NCBI RefSeq assembly: GCF_001194135.2
Contig: NC_068981.1
Coordinates: forward strand, 160,804,792 to 160,868,791
Length of the DNA: 64,000 nucleotides
Reading direction: 5' to 3'
Source of the DNA: Octopus bimaculoides
Lineage: Eukaryota
The position numbers and the translations under genes are program-made. The notes under the pieces were generated by a model, which saw only the letters and a program-made list of their open reading frames with translations, made no database searches and was not told the DNA's origin. Shown piece by piece: positions 49,736-59,770 of the stretch (its first letter is position 1; each line of letters starts with the position of its first letter).

Positions 49736-52099
49736 CCCTCTCTCTCCTCCCTGCTTGTCTTTCACTTTTGAATTTTTGAATTGAAAAGGATCATCAGTGT
49801 AGTCTTAATTATCATTAATGTTGCTAATTTGAATGATTATGTTTTCCAGTAAATGAAATTTGTTATAATAAAAACAAAATATCATGAATAAATATTGGTA
49901 TTGATTAATTGATTGGTTAATCAGTTAGGAAAATTCATTCCCGATCATGACTTTTAGTTGTTACCTAATGTTTCACTTTCCCTAATCACACATAATTAGC
50001 ATTGAAAGTCATTAAAACTCCTTGTCAATTATAAAGCAACCTTGCTGCTTCTAGTAGTAAACTGTACTCTCCATGGTTCTATTTAGATGTGTAATTAATC
50101 AGTGAGATAAGATTATAATTTTTCAAATCATTAACCTCCACCTTAACCTTCTCAGAACTGAGCCCTCTGTCTAACTTTACCTTCTACCTGGACTCCTGAG
50201 CAAAAAAATAGATAGTTTCATATACAGCTCAAGAGTGACGACTAGTTTAATGAACAGAATCAGCTGCATGTTCTTTTTCTACATGTGTTGTTTATTTGTA
50301 TTATATAAGTAAATGACAGTTACTGTCTTGCACTTCTTAAGTAAAACTGTCCTTAACTTAGCTTTCATGAAAGAAATTAGGGAGAATTAGTACTCAAAGT
50401 AACTCAAGTCTGGCAGTATCTTTCAAACTAGTCTCAAATTTGTCATCAAACTTAGGAATCCACAATTGTAATGTATTATATATATTTTTTTATAGTAAAA
50501 CAAATAGCATTGTTAATGCCTGGGTGACCATGAAGATACTCTTATGTTGTATCTTGACCATTACTTGATACTCTCTTAGCCTAAACCTATATAAAAATGC
50601 CAACAACCAATTTGTTTTACTAATTCAGTGATATTCTTCTCTAACCTCTGTGTTTTCTGAAAAACTAAATGCTGTCAAATATAACAACTTTCGAAATGGC
50701 AAACAAATAGCTCTGTACTTTGAATTACTCTGTTGAATGTCAACAGTGATGGAAAAATCTTGAGTAGGCCACACTAGATTTTAAGTAGATTAAATTTTTG
50801 GGCTGGCCTGCTTGTTCTCTTTTGTTTTTGCATAGATTTAATTTTTTTCCTTCCTTTTTAGTTTTGGTGTAACTGCTGTGAAATGTCATTGCTCTATTTA
50901 AAGTCTGACATCAACTATTGGAATAATTATTCTTACCATTTCTTGCTTTTATCTTTCAGTTCAAACATATTATTTTTCTGTAGATTTTCCCCAAATCTAA
51001 GTTTTTTGGTCTTATCAGATTTTTATATAACTGATTTAAAGTGAAAATGTTTGTTGCAAGATTTAGTAATTTTTCTTGTGATTGAAACAAATCTAAAAAT
51101 GAAAGCTTCTCTACCTTCAAAATAAGTCATCAGAGAAATGAAGAGATCACACGAATCACTGCTTAGCTCCAATGTTGTTGTCTTGGGGGAGCCCCCACCC
51201 CAAAAAACTCAGTTTATTGTAAATATTTCCAGAAATTCTGAAACTTATTCCTATTGAACTGAGTTGTTTAAAATAAAATGTTGTATCCCAAGAGAGGAAA
51301 GGTAATACCTACAGAATATTAGAACTTGAGACTATATCTTACTGTCTAGTACCTCATCTGTTCAGCCATTTAACCTTGGTTCTTTAGCCCTCCTGTCCTT
51401 TTACCATGCAACATTTAGTTGAGATATTTTTCTGATTATTTCTTAATTTTAAAAGTGGTTTCAATATTTCTTCAAATTGATCTTGCCAATGCCAACTTTA
51501 CCTTCCATGGATTCTAGTTTATTGCAGTTGAAGCTTGATATTTATTCTTCAGGTAGGCAATTTGAAATAAGTAGAATTATTTTGTATGGCAATTAAACTT
51601 CAAAGATTTTGTTAGATACTTCACATTTCTATGAAAGATGTTGTAATGGGTTAGTTATATGAAAAAAAAATCTTTTTTTAATCATTAGTCTTTTTTTATG
51701 GTTTTAAATTAATAATTTATTTGTATTATTTAAAGAATGCCCTGTTGCTCTTGCTCTGTTACGTTCTCCTACTTCTTTTCTCAACTCTTGCTCTCTTATA
51801 ATCCATTAACTCAATCTGCCTTAATTCAGTCGTGTTGTTTATTTCAATGTGTTAGTCTTCTAGTAACTTTTGTCTAGCAGTAAAATACATAATTTGAAAA
51901 TAAATTGACACATTATTGTGTTACCAATTTTACAAAATTATTTCAGTTAAGTCCTGTCAGTTATTGCTCTTAGAGAAACTTATTGTTCTTAAAGTATTTA
52001 ATAAACTGAACATTTAAAATTCATTTCATGTAGTTTTTCATAAAGACAAACTCTTAAAACATATATGCATTCATTCTGAAATACATTTTTAAATAACTT

Positions 52100-52417
52100 A
52101 GCACAGAATTTTGTCAGTGAACAGGTCGTGGTCTCAAAGCGACGAAAATATTTTGACAAATTAAATTTAAATGTTGAAGTGAATCTAACGGTTTTTGTGT
52201 GTTATTTTAAATGGCTTATAAACACCTTCCACGCTGCAATTGTTTTCGTTCCAGCACACGATCTCAGATCAGGTCACTTGCTATGCAAGTACATCTCCGC
52301 AATTATTTACAATAATATTTACATCACTATATGATTACAAAGCAAATCATACATGAAAAATATAAAAGTAAAGAATAAACACTTATTTATGCATCATTTC
52401 AATAAAATCAAGAATAA
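52100..52417 (+). repeat. CpG-retaining element carrying the hammerhead-like motif; possible Penelope pseudo-LTR
   Basis: About 8 CpGs retained in a CpG-poor intron. Hammerhead followed by gtgaatctaacggtttttgtgtg, resembling PLE terminal layouts. Single copy in this window. Confidence 0.45.
52110..52160 (+). ncRNA. Candidate minimal type-I hammerhead ribozyme with G3-C8 core variant
   Basis: Stem I tttgtca/tgacaaa; core GUGAACA; one extra G; stem II gtcgt/gcgac with a 9-nt loop; GAAA; palindromic stem III aatatt; U17 at 52153. Confidence 0.5.
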
Positions 52418-52678
52418 NNNNNNNNNNNNNNNNNNNNNNNNNNNNNNNNNNNNNNNNNNNNNNNNNNNNNNNNNNNNNNNNNNNNNNNNNNNNNNNNNNN
52501 NNNNNNNNNNNNNNNNNNNNNNNNNNNNNNNNNNNNNNNNNNNNNNNNNNNNNNNNNNNNNNNNNNNNNNNNNNNNNNNNNNNNNNNNNNNNNNNNNNNN
52601 NNNNNNNNNNNNNNNNNNNNNNNNNNNNNNNNNNNNNNNNNNNNNNNNNNNNNNNNNNNNNNNNNNNNNNNNNNNNNN
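52418..52678. other. Assembly gap (261 N), predicted to hide DDAH-like coding sequence
   Basis: Run of N immediately before an in-frame exon end and consensus donor. Confidence 0.95.
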
Positions 52679-52702
52679 TCTGAATCAAAACTTCTGTTTC
52701 AG
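52679..52702 (+). CDS. DDAH: DDAH-like gene, visible 3' end of an exon otherwise hidden in the gap 52418-52678
   Basis: 24 nt after the gap read SESKLLFQ and end at a consensus donor CAG|GTAAGT in phase 0, compatible with the next exon. Position corresponds to human ...SSESAQKALK|. Confidence 0.6.
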
Positions 52703-54204
52703 GTAAGTTTATAAAAAAGGGGAGGATATAATATCAGAAATTTTGTTCCATTTTAGAAGTGATTTAGTCAATATGACTTTGATATATTTTAATATAAATT
52801 ATACCTTCACTTTTCACCCTTTGGGGTTGTTGGTTAAATAATTATACTTTTATCCTGAAATGCTTGACCTTGTACCTAGAGGGCCAGGCTCACAACCATG
52901 AGGTTGTGAGTTTAATTCCTGGACCAGGTTATGTGTTGTGTTCTTGAGCAAGACACTTTATTTCATGTTGCTCCAATTGACTCAGCTATAGAAATGAGTT
53001 GTAATGTCACTGGTGCCAAGCTGTATCAGCTTTTGCCTTTCCCTTGGATAACATCGCTGGCATGGAAAGGGGAGGCTGGTATGCATGGGCAACAGCTGGT
53101 CTTCCATAAACAATCTTACCTGGACTGGTGCTTTGGAGGGTAACTTTCTAGGTGTAATTCCATGATTATTCATGATTGAAGGGGGTCTTTACCTTGTACC
53201 TAGTTAGTAAATATTATCTGGTTTGAGACAGTGCTATTTCAGTTTTTTCCTCATGTTGGACAGCTAACAGTTATAAAAAAGACATTGTTTTTGATATTGT
53301 GAAGAAAATCAAACTTTGTCGGGTAATGGAGGAAAGAAAGACAGCTTCATCATTATCATCATCTTATATTACATTGATGCTGTGACCAAGAAATTGTTGA
53401 GTTGGCAACAGAGATTTCATCTTTTGTGTGGTAGTCAAATGCATTTCATTCCAAATGAGCTCATTTCTCTCCAACCTATTGGTTTATTAAATACATTGAA
53501 CTGACTTAGCTGGAAATCGAACCTGCATTCCAAGTCTTGCTTTACATGAACTCTATACCATCCTATGACTCTCAAACAAGTTTATCATAACAGTAAATGA
53601 CTTGTGAAAACTTTGTTTTATTAGGTGATGACAATTGTAGCATTCATTACTTTCCAATGTTATTAACCTGTGCCAGTTTGCTTTCCTGACATAGTTTTTC
53701 AAAATCGTTCTCAATTATGTTGGTTAAATATTCTAGTTTATTTTTATTATGAAACATAAGCAGCAGGTAACAGATGTCAGTTGAGATTGCACTACACATT
53801 CACCCATATACCTAGAAACATGACAACTAATGTTGTGATAACAATTAATCACAATAACCTTTCTATAGTTATATGTAGTTTAAATACCTCTAAGATACAA
53901 TGTGACTTTGCTTTGCTTATTGCTGTATTTGTTACTTGCCCTCCCATGGTGTTTTAATTATTTGAAAATCAAACTTGTTTCAAACGTTGGTGCTTGGTTC
54001 AGAATCTGTCATCTTGTTGCGTAAAATATTCTATGAAAACAACCATGCCTTAATTACAATTTTTACACTTGGTTAACCAACTGATAAAATGTTCAAATAT
54101 GTCACACCTGTTTGATTGGGTTCATTAACTTATAACTAAGAGAATGAGATTCTCAAGGACTTTTGGTTTAGTAACAGAAAGTTGGTGGGAAGAAGGTTGG
54201 CTTA

Positions 54205-54592
54205 AAATCATCTACAGATTTTTATTGCAGATTGTTCACTGCTAACAAGCAAGAGACATCGGCCGTTGCCAGTACCGCCTGACTGGCCTTCATAGGATTT
54301 TCGAGCGAGATCGTTGCCAGTGCCCCTGGACTGGCTCCTGTGTGGGTGGCACATAAAATACACCATTTTGAGCGTGGCCGTTGCCAGTACCGCCTGACTG
54401 GCCTTCGTGCGAGTGACACGTAAAAGCACCCACTACACTCTCTGAGTGGTTGGCGTTAGGAAGGGCATCCAGCTGTAGAAACTCTGCCAAATCAGATTGG
54501 AGGCTGGTGTTGCCATCCGGTTTCACCAGTCCTCAGTCAAATCGTCCAACTCATACTAGCATGGAAAGCGGATGTTAAACGATGATGATGAT

Positions 54593-54595
<3 letters not shown>
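54205..54595 (+). mobile_element. Young family A (RTE-type 3' end) copy
   Basis: CpG-rich; internal repeat ggccgttgccagtaccgcctgactggccttc present twice; ends gttaaacgatgatgatgatg. Confidence 0.88.
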
Positions 54596-54632
<37 letters not shown>

Positions 54633-55215
54633 GTATGGTTGGCGACAAATTTTTCTGCTCTTAAAAGGATTTTATCCTCTATATATACTGTTCAGTATTT
54701 ATGTGTTGGAAAAATATGTTTCTACTTGTTCTACTATATATATATATATGTAGATGTCTCTATATATATGTATGTTTATATGTATGTGTGTATATGTATG
54801 TATATATTTGTATGCGTATATGTGTGCGTGTATGTATGTGTATATACATGTATGTATACATATATGTATATATGTGTATATGTATACATATATTAGGTAG
54901 ATAGATATAACATGTCATATAATAAATAGATTCCTTTTTCAAATTCAGAGGTATAAAAACCTGTTGCTTCAGTAATGTTGATGATGGTCTCTAATTGCTA
55001 AAATTTCTCAACATTAAGCACATTCTGAAATTTTTTTTTTTTTTTATGAATCTACATTCCATTTCATATTGATTTCATATTGTACTTTTTTTAAAATGTG
55101 CAACCAGATAAAACCTACAAACATTTTTATTACTTAGTATTTGTTTATTTTTCTATCGTAATCAAATATGTTATACCCTATAAGTAAAATGTTCTTTTTC
55201 TACTTGGAATTGTAG

Positions 55216-55347
55216 CAAATTAAAGAGCGCACCTCTAACACATACTTCAAATTAGACTTTGACAGTGATGTACCAGCCAGTGTGTTGTTTGCAAATGGTA
55301 CACTGATCCATCGCAGCCGAGAAGAAATGGGAGTGACTAACTGCAGT
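55216..55347 (+). CDS. DDAH: DDAH-like gene, penultimate coding exon
   Basis: ttgtag acceptor and agt|gtaaat donor, 132 nt. QIKERTSNTYFKLDFDSDVPASVLFANGTLIHRSREEMGVTNCS aligns with human [27 protein letters not shown]...LLHRTPEEYPESAK. Confidence 0.88.
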
Positions 55348-55544
55348 GTAAATATCACTTTTATTTTCACATTTATAGTTTTCCAAAATTTTGTGTGTAA
55401 ATAAATATACATCCTTCAATTGCAGGTGGAGAGGGATGAATTAGATGTTTTTCACTGGATATGTAATGTGAATATCAAAGATATGTGTAAATTGAGAAGA
55501 TATTGGCAGTGGCATTAACTTGTATTCGAGTAGTTAATATGTAG

Positions 55545-56010
55545 TGAGTGATTTTAAATTCGACGACTGGCACCCATGCCAACGTCGTCTCCTTCATTGG
55601 AAACGAAACTTGGCTTGCAAAGACTTATTGGGGCAAGCGAAAGCGAAACCGTCAATGGGCTTGCGAAGACTTACTGGGGCAAACGAAAGCAAAACCGTCA
55701 ATGGCACCTGTGCCCAGCATCGCCTTCCTGGCACATGTAAAGACATTCGAGCGAGATCGTTGCCAGTGCCGCTGAACTGGCTCCTGTGCGGGTGGCACGT
55801 AAAATGCACCGTTTTGAGCGTGGCCGTTGCCAGTACCGCCTGACTGGCCTTCTAGCGTTAGGAAGGGCATTCAGCTGTAGAAACTCTGCCAAATCAGATT
55901 GGAGCCTGGTGTAGCCATCTGGTTTCACCAGTCCTCAGTCAAATCGTCCAACCCATGCTAGCATGGAAAGCGGACGTTAAACGATGATGATGATGATGAT
56001 GATGATGATT
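55545..56010 (+). mobile_element. Young family A copy with a longer 5' part
   Basis: CpG-rich; about 46-bp tandem duplication (ggcttgcRaagacttaYtggggcaa...aaaccgtcaatgg); long (GAT)n tail. Confidence 0.88.
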
Positions 56011-57337
56011 GAGCCTCTTCAAGCCAGATGGGTGCAAAGAGTACCAGTGTCTGATGTGACTGTTCAGGCCAAGAGTGCTTTAGAAGAGCTAGGGAAATTG
56101 ATCACAAGGGTGAGTTGGCAGGGAACAAGAAAGTGTGAGTCACTCTTTTATGTATTCAGTCTCTGATCTCTGTCTCTTGATAAGATGTGTGTGTGTTATA
56201 TATATATATATATATATTCAAAAATTAGGGAATGGAGTAGATAAAATCTAGGCTACATAGGTTTCATAGATAGTGGAATCTCAGAAGTAGGGTATTATCC
56301 AAACGAGGGGTAGACTGCAAGCTACTCTTTAGGTCAAGGCTACTTTCCAGCCTATCACGCTTCAATATAGGAAAAATTCATAATCTTCTGCACCAACAAA
56401 TCACTATTGTTCCTGAAAGTTGTTTTCTTTAGCTTCTCTGGGTTGCTTGAAGCTCACTAACTTCCTATGCATTGATCCTTGAATTTTACCTGTACACACA
56501 CACACACACACGTGTATGTGTGTGTGAGTGTTTGGTTGTAAAAATAGGAGAAAAGTATTAATTCAAAGCTGATGATCCAAATGATGTTCCTTGATCAGAT
56601 ACACAAAAGCAGGGAATTTGAAGTAGTGATGGAGTGAATCTCCACCTTCAAATGATTTGCATGTGTGTGTGCACGTGCACATGCATTATTTATCTTATAG
56701 TTGTTTCAGTCATTAGACTGCAGCCATGAAGGAATTTTAGTTGAATGAATCAACTTCAGTACTGATTTTTTTTTAAAGCCTGGTACTTAATCTTTTGGTC
56801 TCTTTTGCCAAACCACTAAATAATGGGGACATAAACACACCAACACCAGTTGTCAAGTGGTGGTAGGGAACAGAAACAGACAAAGACACATGTACACGTA
56901 CATAGACGGCAGGTTTCTTCCAGTTTCCATCTGCCAAATCTACTCACAAGGCTTTGGTCAGCTTGAAACTGTAGTAGAAGATGCTTGTCTAAGGTGCCAT
57001 ACAGTGGGACTGAGTCCAGAACCTTGTGGTTGGGAAGCAAACTTCTTACCACATAACCACACATGCATGTGCAAAATTTGAAACTAGTATGAATATAAGT
57101 ATAGTGACTGTATTGTAGAACTGCATGCAAGTGGATAATTATATTTGTAAGTATTCTATGATCTGAATAGGTATAATGAGGTTGTGTAGCAAATAAAATC
57201 AAAATGACATACAATTGAAAAACAAAAATCATTTTTGAGAATGTTTTACCCTTATCAACATCGATGAAAGAAATAATGTTGGAGAAATTACAATTACAGA
57301 TCTTGGCTTTTGGTTAGATACAAGAGCAGATGTTCTA

Positions 57338-57565
57338 TTGGGTTGTCCAGAAAGTTCGTGCCGATTTATAGTAGCTTACCTTTCGACTTACTTGCCATGA
57401 AACCACCTCAATTCTGGGAAGAGGGTATTTTCAAATTAAAGGAAAGATGGAGACGCATTGTGCAACAAAATGGTTCATATTTAGTTGATTAAAAATGTAA
57501 TGGCAAGTATTTATTGACCTTTTTCTTTCCTTTAAAAATCGGCACGAACTTTCCGGACAACCCGA
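57338..57565 (+). mobile_element. 228-bp mariner-derived non-autonomous element
   Basis: TA target duplication; about 30-bp TIRs ttgggttgtccagaaagttcgtgccgattt / aaatcggcacgaactttccggacaacccga; retains the transposase C-terminus PQFWEEGIFKLKERWRRIVQQNGSY. Confidence 0.92.
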
Positions 57566-58087
57566 TATTTTTTTAAGGAAAATTGGATTTAAAGAAATGA
57601 GTTGAGTTTAGTTTATCACTAGTATTTTTTTTTTTTTTTAACTTGTTAGAAATAAATGAATTTGGATGGTTATACATATTTTTCTCTCATGGAACACATC
57701 AGTGGTCTGAGAAGGGAGACAACCACCAGTTACAATGTTGGCTTCCCATTTTGATTGTATTTTAGTCAAACACTACTGATGTATTTAAAATTGTTTAACC
57801 CCAAGAAAGATCTTATCGTGAAGACATATGCTTTAAGTTGTTGTACTTGATGTGCAATTGACATTTAAGGAATTTGGATTCTTCATATGCAAAAGATTCA
57901 AGTTGGTAGAGGCTTTTATCTCTCTGTATATATATATTGACTTAAAAGCCATTTTTTGATATTTTATAAATATATAAAGTTCAATAAATAATATTATTTT
58001 ATAAGTAAATGTTTTGGTCAGTGTAGTGGTTATTATTTATATGCATTCTTAGAAACTTGAATAATTTTCATAAATTTTTTATTTCAG

Positions 58088-58285
58088 ATTTTAGATGAGA
58101 AGATTGGGTATGACCGGGACGAGGTAGAACTGCGAGAATTTGACAAGCTAAACCGTACCATAAGTAGCCTGTGCCTGCTTATCAACAGAATCAAGACTAC
58201 CCGACAGATCATGTCGGATATCAATGACGAAGATATCAACAGCTATTCTACGTTGACCAGAAAAAGCAAGGATTATTACAAATAG
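58088..58285 (+). CDS. DDAH: DDAH-like gene, last coding exon with TAG stop
   Basis: ttttatttcag acceptor. ILDEKIGYDRDEVELREFDKLNRTISSLCLLINRIKTTRQIMSDINDEDINSYSTLTRKSKDYYK* aligns with the DDAH C-terminus (SELEKVDGLLTCCSVLIN / SELEKAGAGLSSLCLVL). Confidence 0.9.
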   Translation: MLDEKIGYDRDEVELREFDKLNRTISSLCLLINRIKTTRQIMSDINDEDINSYSTLTRKSKDYYK

Positions 58286-58923
58286 TCTGTCATTAAGCTA
58301 TCTCTTTCTTATTGTTTTGTCGATTTTTCTTTTTAAACTCTGAGTAAAAATTTTTTGGTGGAGTGGAAACTATATATTTTTTTTTTAATTTTTCTTTTTT
58401 AACTCCCCATTTGCTGCTCTAGCTTAATTATCATCCATAAATTTAAGCTAATTTGGAGACTTCAATGACAAATGCAAACACTTAAATACTAATAATCATA
58501 GTTACAAGACAATAAGTTCCAAGAGATAACAGTTTCGTTGTAAGTTGTTAGCATTAATACATCAGTATGATTTTAAAGAAACCATGAGGAAATGAAATGC
58601 TAACGAAAATATACCCATTAATATAGGATTTTGGTGAAACTTCATTCCAGCTTCTTTATTTCGGTTCATTTCATATTTTATGTACTCTTTAAGTTGAGTA
58701 TGTGATGAAATTAAATTTTTTTTTTTTTTTTTGCCCATTCTTCTTTCCATACCGATTCCATACTGCTGTTGTAGTTTTTATAACAAAGCCAGCATTTATT
58801 TTAACATTCAACGATGTTTTAAAATTTTATTAATCGAGTTTTTCAATTTATGCCAACTGGTTTTTATAATATTTTATTTATCTTCTAATATGATTTTGTT
58901 AAAACTGCTTTGATGTAGATGTA

Positions 58924-58975
58924 AATAAAAGATTTCTATCCTTCATCAGATTTGTTTTAAAGATGAGATAATAAA
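58924..58975 (+). terminator. Candidate polyadenylation signals for the DDAH-like gene
   Basis: AATAAA at 58924-58929 and 58970-58975, followed by a T-rich tract, about 650-700 nt after the stop. AATAAA is common by chance in this AT-rich DNA. Confidence 0.35.
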
Positions 58976-59149
58976 AAGATATATTTCAAATGTTTGTTTT
59001 TCTGAATTATTTCTTTTGAACTTATCCTATCTTCATCTGTAAATTGTATATGAAAAATGAACTCTGGGTAGAAAAATACAGGATGTTTTGGCTAAATTTG
59101 ACAGTTTGCATAAAAGGAAAAGAAAACAATATCCCATCCAAAAGTAAGG

Positions 59150-59770
59150 GTATTTTTTTTAAAAAAGTCAAAAAATATCAACTAGATTATGGCTGGGAGA
59201 TAAGTTTACTTGAAGTAGCCATCCTCCTAGCAGCTCCAGAATCTGGCACACGCATTCTTCAGTGTCTCTGGAAAGATCTTTGAACATCTCCTTGATCTTG
59301 TTCAACAGCTCAGCCTTAGTGTTGTAGGTAGAGTGGTTGGTGTCTTTTTCAACAATGCCCCATGCATAATAATTTATGAGATTACAATTGGGGGAATTAG
59401 GAGGCCAGAAATTGGGGCTGGTGAAGTTGTAGAAATTCTCTGACAACCACTTCTCTTTCTGCTGTCAAACAAATGGCCTTCCAGTGGCAACCGTCTCCAC
59501 AGTCTCTTGCAGTTTCAAATGGCTGTCTGAATTGAATCTAAAGCCCTGTTCAAAGATGTGAGGTGGCATGACATCACTCTCACTGGAAACACGACCAAAG
59601 ACCATCACAGTTTGGGGGGAACTTGGTTTTCATGATGTCCATTTCACGTCATACAGTGTTCTCAGAGCATTGAGCAGCAGTCATGATGTTGGCATTTTGA
59701 CACCTAGTGTGAATCATCATAATACAGGTAACTCTTATGCAATATTCAGATCACTTCTAGTCCTCTATGT
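59150..59770 (-). mobile_element. IS630-Tc1-mariner transposase relic (maT/DD37D-like)
   Basis: MKTKFPQTVMVFG.VSSESDVMPPHIFEQG, VATGRPFV*QQ and WLSENFYNFTSPNFWPPNSPNCNLINYYAWGIVEKDTN; decayed. Confidence 0.8.

Noticed and set aside
58166-58168. A-to-I recoding restoring the catalytic Cys
   Set aside because: Editing AGC gives GGC (Gly), not TGC, so editing cannot rescue the nucleophile.
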